Virus record (IMG/VR): IMGVR_UViG_3300032307_000622
Location: 52,303 to 116,302 of that record
Length of the DNA stretch: 64,000 bases
Source of the DNA: a virus
Strand: one strand, 5' to 3'
The notes below the pieces were generated by a model that was given only the letters and a program-made list of their open reading frames with translations, did not search any database and was not told the origin of the DNA. Position 1 is the stretch's first letter. Every line of letters begins with the position of its first letter. Positions 38,001 to 46,422 of this stretch are shown here, piece after piece. The position numbers were made by a program, and so were the translations under genes.

Positions 38001-39515
38001 CTAATCTTGAATGGTCCATCATTTACAACTACAGAAAAGCCCCTAGACTCTGTTACATATGTTCACAAAGCACTTGGAGATCACTATAGACACTTTGGCA
38101 CTAGAATGAGAATTGTTGGCAAATCAGAAAACAATCTAGATAAGTTTCAAACTCCTATAGGAAGCACACCATATTATTCTGGAATTGGTGTCAATGACTC
38201 TACTGTAAACATTGCTGGCTCCTCTGGAGGACTGGCAGTGATGGTAAACCCACAAACAAATGTTGGATATTATTTTGAGCTAATTGCTTTATCAGATACG
38301 AAGTTGGAAAATTCTACGAACAACGATATCTACAATATTATTTTTTATAAGGTAAAGCAAAAGAATGGAACCACAGAAGCAATCCCAATAAAATTGTGGG
38401 CAGGCCTAACCCAAATTCTAGTAGATAGTGGAACATTTGTTGGACAGTCTAGAATAATTGGCGAAGAAGCTACAACCGTATACGACCTTGCTGTAGAGTA
38501 TGAAAACATAGGTTCATCAAGAAAGTTCTATCTTTATTTAAATAATAATATTGTTGCCATTGTGGAAGATGATGACCCTTTGCCAATTTATAACAATATG
38601 GCACTCTTTGTACGTGGATCTGCAAGGTGCATGTTTGAAAATCTTTATGCAATAACAAACAACTATAGCAGGGACACCTCCTATATTTTGGATACGCCAG
38701 TAAATTCTGTTTTTGGCGATGACGAAATTAGCGTAAATGAGTCATTTAGAAAGTACTCCATGAGCGGTATGATTCAATCAACATATCTTTCTGGAATAGC
38801 CTCAGCATCTCCGCCAAAGTACAATCTTTACTTTGAGGAATTTGGAACCATCATGAGGGAAGCTGCATATTTTAATGTTCGATATGATAAAGCATATCCA
38901 GCACTATATGCCAAGCTATCTCCAACATTTAATAATTTAAAGGGATACACAACATCTGGATTTGTGGCTGGAGCCTATGGTGCAGAGTTTTTGATCTTTA
39001 ATTCTACAGATACCGCTCTAAGCCTGGACGAATCCAGCGGAAACTATTTAAGAATACAGGGCGTGACATTTACGCAACAGTCTTCAAATGAATTAACTGT
39101 AGATGATTATTTTGCAAAGAAGAGTGACTCCTCTAATCCACAAATATCTGGATCGAACTTAGTCTATTCTCCTTTGGTCGCAGAGCAAGAATTTTTAGAC
39201 ATAAAATATAGTCGTGCAACCCATGGCAGAAAAGAGTTTTCTCTAGATGCAGAATATGTTCAGACTAGAGATGACGCAAACTCTTTGATGGGCTGGCTTG
39301 TTTCAAAAATTATGAAACCTAGAAAGTCTGTAGGGTTAAAAATATTTTCAATGCCAATCTTGCAACTTGGAGATATTGTAAATATTAGGTACATGAATAA
39401 GAAGGGCTTTGACGAAATAGCTTCTGATAACTCTAGGTTTGTGATATATAGCATAGAGTATAATAGAACACCCAATGGACCAGAAATGACCGTATTTTTA
39501 AGTGAGGTAGTCTAA
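35070..39515 (+). CDS. Large tail tip/baseplate hub protein
   Basis: LQDIAVSTQTAMFFDEYNNF; C-terminal PILQLGDIV...I.SIEY typical of hub proteins; ATG 35070. Confidence 0.75.
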   Translation: MFQDVLLQNHLETASSVKSESIVIAEWNMNSLENIRTLGNYRHRPLDPSGSVYKTTINTFDPNDDGNFYTNATYSDVKVDGGFRDNNQPIFFESRIEKEQSLYSLEECFGKFRPRSGINKLRYFDNKFSHHSNINMAQRPRYYMADKYDSFKYWTSYRIENNIERGIAKNSFNGQFFIDDAAPFVVYKESVPANRLTIKMQTNVGDIDLGPFSNSFGSFPDPLYGNSNKTTPVKWKIQTLQDGAWVDAKTFDASSTRLDGSPIVGSDGYVELYFGMIVPREYMGIFKHAGILYSDLVLPKNPFEGEAFLVKSSDDDLGQYHIWFNNSYRTFTPTYGWMLYHESDVILNGLVENLSNPDTYIDIGSGKRRYRDIEYISGIRVVVDTMNKIDSTFDLIEMSPRLVGDISDMVLDFNVSKHASDLGVSGLPVGQLLASSGSLSIFDEAQVFNSNNPDSLVSAHLDKKIKFKFYEAILEAEDIANYYVPIKTLYSDTMPKTDSNSKRVTIPLRDMFFYFESLTAPQIFLQNVSVSYAVSFLLDNIGFSNYMFKRAPGETEMTIPSFFIGTDKSVAQVLQDIAVSTQTAMFFDEYNNFIMMSKNYMLPSESERPTDISLYGQDILVDSNGNEYPYIDQVSSVAMLPKDKFGGAYTVGVNQEIYVWSDTQNSPVSAGLYRRTKNPANIVEISAENNSIYNDGRINYTSRSLQKTYGSIRQAYLLDQDKTWVYKPALLWEVTGTDRTRSINGEISSQSSYVLGAMPLNSRLSERVPQVVNHRVVDNIMDLGEGVYWITRYNGYFYANGEIIRYDAVQFNIPKTVSTSTGVSVVDNNVWITSIEEYDSYFSKLSFNGKIYPTGLVRIYSQPKYETVDGVARLKNGPVEKHGRGQFGTTISSHEAGLSDYWSNPSNRKACVMDSSYLFSDKDIPATAIGPAGISPSIASKTTVNGVIKNFLSSSYITESELNGLRSTQTGTVQSSALILNGPSFTTTEKPLDSVTYVHKALGDHYRHFGTRMRIVGKSENNLDKFQTPIGSTPYYSGIGVNDSTVNIAGSSGGLAVMVNPQTNVGYYFELIALSDTKLENSTNNDIYNIIFYKVKQKNGTTEAIPIKLWAGLTQILVDSGTFVGQSRIIGEEATTVYDLAVEYENIGSSRKFYLYLNNNIVAIVEDDDPLPIYNNMALFVRGSARCMFENLYAITNNYSRDTSYILDTPVNSVFGDDEISVNESFRKYSMSGMIQSTYLSGIASASPPKYNLYFEEFGTIMREAAYFNVRYDKAYPALYAKLSPTFNNLKGYTTSGFVAGAYGAEFLIFNSTDTALSLDESSGNYLRIQGVTFTQQSSNELTVDDYFAKKSDSSNPQISGSNLVYSPLVAEQEFLDIKYSRATHGRKEFSLDAEYVQTRDDANSLMGWLVSKIMKPRKSVGLKIFSMPILQLGDIVNIRYMNKKGFDEIASDNSRFVIYSIEYNRTPNGPEMTVFLSEVV

Positions 39516-39516
39516 G

Positions 39517-40014
39517 ATGGTAGATGCAGTTCCAACGCAATATTTCTTGGAGACCAAGGTATCTCCACCAAGGCCTGCTATTAAAATAGCTACACCAGAC
39601 CTAATATTAGAAAATAACGAACAAGTTCAAATTGATGTTATGACAGACCTAATCTTTGAAGATATTGGTGGTCAAGAGATAATTAATATTGCTAGAAACG
39701 ATTCTGTCAATGGGCAAAACATTCGGTATAGCCCAATCAAAAACCTATTGGACATTAACTTTCAATATAACTCTAAAAACATTATATCCCTTGAGAACAC
39801 ATCAGAAACCTTTTTCAATAACTTTCCGATTAAGCTAGATGCCCACATTCCAAATGTTGGTAATGGTCCAAACGGAGAGTATGTTTATATAGATAGTCAA
39901 ACTGGAAATCTAATTATAAATGTTATAAATATGCAGAATAATGAGCAGGTGGAGGTCCAGATTTTGGCTGCAGGACAGATCCTAGATGATACAATATATG
40001 AGGATGAATCATGA
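39517..40014 (+). CDS. Minor tail protein
   Basis: Position within the tail operon. Confidence 0.55.
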   Translation: MVDAVPTQYFLETKVSPPRPAIKIATPDLILENNEQVQIDVMTDLIFEDIGGQEIINIARNDSVNGQNIRYSPIKNLLDINFQYNSKNIISLENTSETFFNNFPIKLDAHIPNVGNGPNGEYVYIDSQTGNLIINVINMQNNEQVEVQILAAGQILDDTIYEDES

Positions 40015-41168
40015 TAACTAATACTGGCAAAGACATTATTGCAAAATATTTAATTGGACAGGCTCCAGCCTATGCCTCATATATTGCCGTTGGCTGTGGT
40101 GCCAGGCCACTAGCCTCTGACGCAACTCTTGGTGATTACTCTGAAAAAAGAAACTTAGATTTTGAAATGTTTAGAGTACCTATTGTTTCTAGAGGATATG
40201 TTAATGAAAATGATATATCTAAAGTTGTGTTTACAGCTGAACTACCATCAGAAGAAAGATATGAAATAACAGAAGTTGGAGTTTATTCGGCTGGGTCTAA
40301 CCCTGCAGTTGGTGCCAACGGTAGCAAAACCATTTATGCTTTTAACAATGAGGCTTGGGAATATCACACCGTAAGCCCAGCACAAGCAATTGCTATTCCA
40401 ACCATATATGAGCCACTAGACGGAGACTTTAGAGACAACACAATTCATGACGAGGTTGGCTATCCAGCTTACAACAAGCCAGTATTTCAAACAAATGCAG
40501 ACAATCGAATATTTACTGACGAGGATAGAGTTGCTAGGCATGAAAGATGTAGATTCTTAAATAACATGATTGCGATTGCTGGCAATGATTCAACATTAAA
40601 CGTTTCTGGCGGTCACCTGTCTCCAACAGCAGGATCAAACCACATACATTTACTTGGTGCAAACCTAGATTTAAATCAGAATGCACCAAATGATGAATTG
40701 CGTCTTGCGTTTTCAGTAATCAATAAGGTGGTGGATGGTCCAGATCCAGACAAGGTAAAGATTTTACTAGAGTTTGCATCTACAGATGTTCACAATGAGG
40801 CTGGATCGCAATATGCAAGATTTGAGGTAATCTTAGAAAACGGAAATACCCAGGGCAAGCATGATTTTTCAACTAATAGATACGTGGTTGCCAAAAAGCA
40901 AATGCAGGAGTTATATAAGAGCACAGGGTTTACCTGGAGCACTGTTGACGTAGTTAAGATTTATGCGTCTGTAGAAAAGAACGGAACTCCATCAGCAGAC
41001 TACTATGTTTGTCTAGACGCACTAAGGCTTCAAAATCTGTCTTCAGCAAACCCTCTATACGGTTTGACAGGATACTCAGTTATTAGAAATACAGACTCAA
41101 GAGCAATCGTAAAGTCAGCAAACACAACTAACTTTATAGAGTTTAGGTTTGCAATGGGAGTGCAGTAA
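40011..41168 (+). CDS. Minor tail/baseplate protein
   Basis: ITNTGK......SYIAVG.G...EMFRVPI...ITEVGVY N-terminal motif. Confidence 0.65.
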   Translation: MITNTGKDIIAKYLIGQAPAYASYIAVGCGARPLASDATLGDYSEKRNLDFEMFRVPIVSRGYVNENDISKVVFTAELPSEERYEITEVGVYSAGSNPAVGANGSKTIYAFNNEAWEYHTVSPAQAIAIPTIYEPLDGDFRDNTIHDEVGYPAYNKPVFQTNADNRIFTDEDRVARHERCRFLNNMIAIAGNDSTLNVSGGHLSPTAGSNHIHLLGANLDLNQNAPNDELRLAFSVINKVVDGPDPDKVKILLEFASTDVHNEAGSQYARFEVILENGNTQGKHDFSTNRYVVAKKQMQELYKSTGFTWSTVDVVKIYASVEKNGTPSADYYVCLDALRLQNLSSANPLYGLTGYSVIRNTDSRAIVKSANTTNFIEFRFAMGVQ

Positions 41169-41671
41169 TGGCAGATCCTGGAATCAAAAACGTAACAATT
41201 TTTAATAATGATCTACCAATTATAAATTCAAAAGTAAAGGGGTATGCTGTCCGATATCGCATCGTGTCTGAGGATAAAAACAGAGTTTCACATTGGTCAC
41301 CAACACACTATATTGATGCAGGCTATGTCTACCTTCCCCAACTGACTCCAGAAGTAACAAAGTCTGGGAACACCATTTCAATAGTTTGGAATAAGGTTCG
41401 GATACAAAAATCTGGCAACCTAATTGGAACAATTAGAGACTATGATATTTGGGTTAAATGGGGCAAGGACGGAGAGGGTGACTGGATTTATGATGGCAAA
41501 TCAAACATAAATAGCATATCTATGATAATTCCGCCAACATACTCAGTAAATGGTGTTGATCAAGAAGAGCGACCAGACGAACTATCTTTAGAGATTTACC
41601 TGGAGAGCGTCCCAGTATCAAGGAGCAACCAGCAGCTTTTGGTCTATTCTCTATCCCAGATTACCGTTTAG
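41168..41671 (+). CDS. Minor tail protein (FN3-like)
   Basis: VRYRIVSEDKNRVSHWS; ISIVW...YDIWVKW. Confidence 0.55.
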   Translation: MADPGIKNVTIFNNDLPIINSKVKGYAVRYRIVSEDKNRVSHWSPTHYIDAGYVYLPQLTPEVTKSGNTISIVWNKVRIQKSGNLIGTIRDYDIWVKWGKDGEGDWIYDGKSNINSISMIIPPTYSVNGVDQEERPDELSLEIYLESVPVSRSNQQLLVYSLSQITV

Positions 41672-41687
41672 TGATATAATATAAGTT

Positions 41688-42134
41688 ATGGCTAAAATTC
41701 CACTTCCCCAAAGAGGGCAACCAGTAGATCTTACATATTTGTACGAAATTGCAAATGCTGTTAACAACCTATCAACACAAATATCTCCATCTTCGTATAA
41801 GTATGTCACAGTGGATACCCCTACTTCTGGAAAGCAAAATGTTAAGGCATCAGAGGCAAAAATTATTGGTGGGTATATTGAGGTAGCAAACAATAGTACT
41901 GTTTCAGCCTCTAACGAAAAAGAGTTTTCGTATGCCATAACTGGTGGAGAATTTAAGTATGCACCAATAGTTACCGCTACCCCAGTTATGATAGGAACTA
42001 CTGATGCTGGAAAAAGTGCTAGCATAATTTTAAAAAATGTAACAACCTCAAAGGTTGAGGGTGTAGTAAAGTTTAACGTTTCTGGTGATGCCAAGGTAGG
42101 AATTAATTTAATTATCATTGGCATTCCAAACTAA
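41688..42134 (+). CDS. Minor tail protein
   Basis: PQRGQPVD; FKYAPIVTATP...NLIIIG C-terminus; leaderless start. Confidence 0.55.
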   Translation: MAKIPLPQRGQPVDLTYLYEIANAVNNLSTQISPSSYKYVTVDTPTSGKQNVKASEAKIIGGYIEVANNSTVSASNEKEFSYAITGGEFKYAPIVTATPVMIGTTDAGKSASIILKNVTTSKVEGVVKFNVSGDAKVGINLIIIGIPN

Positions 42135-42144
42135 GGGAATCATC

Positions 42145-42690
42145 GTGCCCATTAATAAAAAAGGCAGCATTGAGCAAGAAGGGTACAACTCTGCACCAAT
42201 AATTCCTGGCAGCAAAAAAGTGTGGTTCTTAAATGGTGACCTTGTTAGAGTTCATCATCACAATAAATCAAATGGCATAATGTCTGTTTATAATATTATT
42301 CAAGATAGAATTGAAAGTTGTTTAATTAGTGATTTTAAGAAAAATCGTGAAAGAGCTTTTACTGTTGGAGAAACGGCAACTCTTGTAAATAGACACAAAA
42401 AGTATATGCCCAGCCTAATGAAGCGTGGTATTATTCCACATCCCACAGGATCGCAAAAGGGCGGATCAACAGGCTGGCAGGTAAGAAGTTATTATTCAGA
42501 GTCGCAAGTTAGAGAAATTCGTGATATACTTGCCTCATATCATATGGGTAGGCCAAGAGGAGACAGGCTTATTACCAATGACATCACTCCATCCAAACAA
42601 GAGTTGACAAGGCGTATGGGGGATGGTATACTAACGTATACAAGGACAGAAGACGGAAGATTTATTCCAATTTGGAGTGAATCAATATAG
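42145..42690 (+). CDS. MerR-like HTH DNA-binding protein
   Basis: FTVGETATLVNR......L..RGIIP.P......RSYYSESQV; start uncertain (GTG 42145). Confidence 0.7.
   Translation: MPINKKGSIEQEGYNSAPIIPGSKKVWFLNGDLVRVHHHNKSNGIMSVYNIIQDRIESCLISDFKKNRERAFTVGETATLVNRHKKYMPSLMKRGIIPHPTGSQKGGSTGWQVRSYYSESQVREIRDILASYHMGRPRGDRLITNDITPSKQELTRRMGDGILTYTRTEDGRFIPIWSESI
42604..42632 (+). promoter_or_regulatory. Near-consensus sigma70/SigA promoter inside the HTH gene, facing the replication genes
   Basis: TTGACA-17 nt-TATACT with extended TG. Confidence 0.75.
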
Positions 42691-42697
42691 TTAGGAA

Positions 42698-42895
42698 ATG
42701 GGTATGGAAGAGACTAAGGTCACTGTATCGCTAGGATATACACTTAATTTGGGTAATTTTCAATCACTAAGAATTGATATAGGCATTCAAGACTCCAAGA
42801 GAAATGGAGAAACAACCAACGATGCCTTTGAGCGTGTTTATAAATACGTTGAATCTAAGCTTTCAGAAAAAATTGCTGAGAACCAGGAAAGCTAA
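42698..42895 (+). CDS. Small hypothetical protein
   Basis: VSLGYTLNLGNFQSLRIDIG; coupled to the downstream gene. Confidence 0.7.
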   Translation: MGMEETKVTVSLGYTLNLGNFQSLRIDIGIQDSKRNGETTNDAFERVYKYVESKLSEKIAENQES

Positions 42896-43206
42896 TGGCA
42901 GTAGAACGCAAAGACCGAATGGCTTTGCTTTCTCGCTATAGCAAGCTGCATACAGCTAAGTATAAAGAAAAGCCATTATTAAACCTAAATGTTGAGCAGT
43001 GGTCAGCAGATGCTCTTATAGAGTCCTACGGAATAGCATTCTGCTATGATCTGCTAGAATACTATTTTGAAGTTGCTCAGTCTCCAACATGGAAATATTT
43101 TGCTAACTATGCAGACAAACTAATTGAAGCAAGAGAAGATTACAAGAAAGATTTACAGGAAAGGGCTGAACGCCGTAAGGCAGCTAGGGTATGGTTAAGT
43201 GAATAA
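42895..43206 (+). CDS. Hypothetical protein (possible helicase loader/initiator by position)
   Basis: Overlaps the start of the DnaB gene. Confidence 0.55.
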   Translation: MAVERKDRMALLSRYSKLHTAKYKEKPLLNLNVEQWSADALIESYGIAFCYDLLEYYFEVAQSPTWKYFANYADKLIEAREDYKKDLQERAERRKAARVWLSE

Positions 43207-44419
43207 TACAGAGTCTAAACTAATTTCTGCAGTTCTTGCAGACAAGCAAATACACGTTCTTTTGCAGGCAAATGTTGATACCTTGCTTCGTACCCACAAT
43301 GATATTTGGAATTTTATAAGAAACTATTCTGAAAATAATGGCTCCTTGCCACCATCCACATTGGTAGTAGAAAAGTTTAGAGACTTTCAGCCAGTTAATG
43401 AGGTGGGATCTACAAAGCATCACCTGGAGGAGCTGCAGACTGAATATCTTAATGACAGCCTAAAGGATATTCTTCGTTCTGCTGCAACTGAGGTACAGGG
43501 TGGACAAGGCTCAAAGGCACTGGAAGAGCTTATAACAAAAACTTCTGAGCTAAAGAAAAACACTTCTGTCATTAGAGATATTGATGCTACAGATTTAGAA
43601 TCAGCTGTAGCGTATTACGAAAATGTTCAAAAGCAAAAAGAGCTGGGTCAGCTTGGAATTAAAACTGGCCTAGCAGGTTTCGACAACTATCTTCCTGCAG
43701 GAATTATGCCAGGACAGCTTGGTGTGTTTCTGGCTTATCCAGGTATTGGTAAGTCCTGGATGGCTCTATACTTTGCGGTACAGGCATGGAAGCAAGGCAA
43801 ATCACCATTGGTAATTTCGCTTGAGATGAGCGAGACAGAAGTTCGTAACCGTGTGTTTACAATTATGGGTGATGGACTTTGGTCACATCGTAAACTTAGT
43901 GATGGACAAATAGATATAGATGATCTTAAGCGTTGGCACAAAAAGGATTTGTCTGGCAAGCCAGAATTCCACATCATATCTAATGATTCTGGAGGAGACA
44001 TAACTCCATCAGTTATTCGTGGAAAGATTGATCAATACAAGCCAGATCTAATAATTGTAGACTATCTTCAGCTAATGAGTCCTAATCAGAAATCGGACAA
44101 TGAAACTGTTCGCATGAAGAACTTGTCACGTGAACTAAAGCTTCTCGCTATTAGTGAAGAAATTCCAATTATTGCAATCTCCTCAGCAACGCCAGATGAC
44201 GTTACAAAGCTAGACACTGTTCCAACTTTGGGGCAGACTGCGTGGTCTCGTCAAATAGCCTATGATGCTGACTGGGTCCTGGCTCTTGGCCGTGCAACCA
44301 ACTCAGATATCATTGAATGTGTATTCCGAAAGAATCGTAATGGCTTTATGGGCGAATTCTTAGTTCAGGCTGATTTCGACAAGGGCTGGTACAAATACAA
44401 GGATTTTGAAGATAACTAG
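43199..44419 (+). CDS. dnaB: DnaB-like replicative helicase
   Basis: AYPGIGKS Walker A, SLEMS, IIVDYLQL, SRELKLLA, AYDAD, KNRNG. Confidence 0.93.
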   Translation: MNNTESKLISAVLADKQIHVLLQANVDTLLRTHNDIWNFIRNYSENNGSLPPSTLVVEKFRDFQPVNEVGSTKHHLEELQTEYLNDSLKDILRSAATEVQGGQGSKALEELITKTSELKKNTSVIRDIDATDLESAVAYYENVQKQKELGQLGIKTGLAGFDNYLPAGIMPGQLGVFLAYPGIGKSWMALYFAVQAWKQGKSPLVISLEMSETEVRNRVFTIMGDGLWSHRKLSDGQIDIDDLKRWHKKDLSGKPEFHIISNDSGGDITPSVIRGKIDQYKPDLIIVDYLQLMSPNQKSDNETVRMKNLSRELKLLAISEEIPIIAISSATPDDVTKLDTVPTLGQTAWSRQIAYDADWVLALGRATNSDIIECVFRKNRNGFMGEFLVQADFDKGWYKYKDFEDN

Positions 44420-44431
44420 TTATAATAAAAC

Positions 44432-44782
44432 ATGTTTCAACAGAATGTTCACCACAAGCCAATAAAGAAATTCGGTCTTGACGGTGTTATTAATGATGAG
44501 TCAAATATTGCCAGGCTCAAAATTGAATATGTACGACTGCTATTGTTAGAGATGAGGCTGTCTGGATATGTCCCAAGATTGGATATTGACCCAGACTTTA
44601 CAATAAGGTATAATGAACAAAAGAATTACTTTGAATTTAAGTTATCAATACATGGTGTTTATATAGGGAAAAGAAGAATAGAATGCATAGTGGGGATAGA
44701 CGGAACAACGGTGGTGTCTACACAGCCGAACAGATTAACAGAGTTTTATCTGGGGCAGGCATCTCAATCGAATCTGAAGTAG
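44432..44782 (+). CDS. Hypothetical protein
   Basis: ATG 5 nt after TATAAT; 3' end overlaps the primase gene by about 100 nt. Confidence 0.6.
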   Translation: MFQQNVHHKPIKKFGLDGVINDESNIARLKIEYVRLLLLEMRLSGYVPRLDIDPDFTIRYNEQKNYFEFKLSIHGVYIGKRRIECIVGIDGTTVVSTQPNRLTEFYLGQASQSNLK

Positions 44783-45627
44783 ATTCTGACTATATTATAT
44801 TCTGTCCTTTTCATAGCAATCACAGATCTCCAGCTGGAGAGGTAGACAAGAGTACTGGAACCTTCTTCTGCTTTTCTTGTCATCACGTTGCAAGTTTGGT
44901 AGAGCTTATTATGCATACATCATCTAGGTCTTATTTTGAATCAGTCCGTTTTATTAAAAGCAAAGAGACAGAGTCTGATCTACTGCAAGAGGTTGGAAAA
45001 AAGCTACAATCAAAACCAGACTTTATTCAATTTGACCAAGTACTTCTTAAAAGACTAAATCAGCAGGCACTAGAATCCCCTAGGGCAATGCGTTACTATG
45101 CAGGAAGATCAATCACGGAAGAGTCTGTAAAAAAGTTCTCTCTGGGGTTTTCTGAGAAGCAAGACATGGTGACAGTCCCTGTTCACTCCCCAGATGGAAT
45201 GGAAATTGGGTTTGTTGGCAGATCCATAGAGGGTAAGGAATTTAAGAATACACCAGGCCTTCCTAAAGGGAAAACATTATTCAACATTCATAGAACAAAA
45301 TCATCTAGCAAAGTTTATGTGGTAGAATCATCATTTGATGCCATAAGGCTAGATCAGTGTGGATTTTCTGCCGTGGCTACCCTGGGTGCAAACGTGTCCA
45401 GTGCACAAATAGACTTGCTACAAAAATACTTCAATAACATCATTGTTATTGCTGATAATGATGAGGCAGGCGGTAACATGAAAAACCGAATTATTGAAAG
45501 ATTAGGGTCTCGTGTCACTGTTGTTAAATTAGATAAACAATATAAGGATATTGGTGATATGTCAGATGAGGCAATTAGAAATATAGACTCATCATTTGAC
45601 AAGTCTATTGCCAGTATGCTACAATAA
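44683..45627 (+). CDS. DNA primase (Zn finger + Toprim)
   Basis: CPFH...CFSC; GFVGR; VVESSFDA; ADNDEAG; KDIGD. Confidence 0.92.
   Translation: MHSGDRRNNGGVYTAEQINRVLSGAGISIESEVDSDYIIFCPFHSNHRSPAGEVDKSTGTFFCFSCHHVASLVELIMHTSSRSYFESVRFIKSKETESDLLQEVGKKLQSKPDFIQFDQVLLKRLNQQALESPRAMRYYAGRSITEESVKKFSLGFSEKQDMVTVPVHSPDGMEIGFVGRSIEGKEFKNTPGLPKGKTLFNIHRTKSSSKVYVVESSFDAIRLDQCGFSAVATLGANVSSAQIDLLQKYFNNIIVIADNDEAGGNMKNRIIERLGSRVTVVKLDKQYKDIGDMSDEAIRNIDSSFDKSIASMLQ
45596..45625 (+). promoter_or_regulatory. Sigma70-like promoter upstream of SSB
   Basis: TTGACA-18 nt-TACAAT with extended TG. Confidence 0.6.
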
Positions 45628-45654
45628 TAAACCGTTACAAAAACAAGGAGAAAA

Positions 45655-46308
45655 ATGAGTATAACTAGAGGGCTAAAAGATATCGGAGCATTAGTCGATA
45701 AGCCAAAATATGAAAACACAGGAACAAAGGTACGATGGGTAAAGCTAGCAGATGGACAGTCTGCCAAGATTCGTTTTATTGAAGAGCTTGACCAGGAATC
45801 AGCTAACTACAGTGCAGACCGTGGTCTTGCTATCGTAGTTAAGGAACACACAAATCCAAAGGATTACAAGCGTAAGGCCTTGGACACCATGGACACTGAG
45901 GGTCGTGACTGGGCAGAAGAGATGCACCGCAAGGACCCCAAGGCAGGCTGGAAGGCTCGTCTTCGTTTTTACTGCAACGTTCTAGTTGATGATGGAACAG
46001 AGGAGCCGTACGTAGCCGTATGGTCGCAGGGTGTCTCTAAGCAGTCAGCATTCAACACTCTTCGTGAGTATGCACTAGAGACTGGATCCATCTCAAATCT
46101 TGAGTGGAAGATTAAGCGTAATGGGCAGGGAACTGAGACCAACTACACACTCATTCCAATGAAGCCAGACGTAGAACCATTTAAGTGGGACGGCATTGAG
46201 CCATTTAATTTGGACACTGTTGTTCGCCATGTGCCATATGCAGAGCAAGAGGCATTCTACCTAGGGTTTGATAGCCCATCTGCAACTTCAAGCAATATTG
46301 ATTGGTAG
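45655..46308 (+). CDS. Single-stranded DNA-binding protein (gp32-like)
   Basis: KLADGQSAKIRF, RFYCNVLV, KIKRNGQGTETNY; C-terminal ...IDW; lies between primase and polymerase. Confidence 0.7.
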   Translation: MSITRGLKDIGALVDKPKYENTGTKVRWVKLADGQSAKIRFIEELDQESANYSADRGLAIVVKEHTNPKDYKRKALDTMDTEGRDWAEEMHRKDPKAGWKARLRFYCNVLVDDGTEEPYVAVWSQGVSKQSAFNTLREYALETGSISNLEWKIKRNGQGTETNYTLIPMKPDVEPFKWDGIEPFNLDTVVRHVPYAEQEAFYLGFDSPSATSSNIDW

Positions 46309-46318
46309 TAATAAGTTG

Positions 46319-46352
46319 ATGAGGGTAGCACAACAGCTACCCTCATTTGCTT
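46319..46352 (+). terminator. Hairpin terminator after SSB
   Basis: ATGAGGGTAGC-ACAACA-GCTACCCTCAT followed by a T-rich stretch. Confidence 0.75.
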
Positions 46353-46360
46353 TACACGTC

Positions 46361-46389
46361 TTGACAATGTGTCAAAAATATGCAATAAT
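46361..46389 (+). promoter_or_regulatory. dnaE promoter with palindrome over the -35
   Basis: TTGACA-ATG-TGTCAA; 17-nt spacer to AATAAT with extended TG. Confidence 0.6.
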
Positions 46390-46422
46390 TTTTACAAATA
46401 GGTAAACAAGATTAAGGAAAAA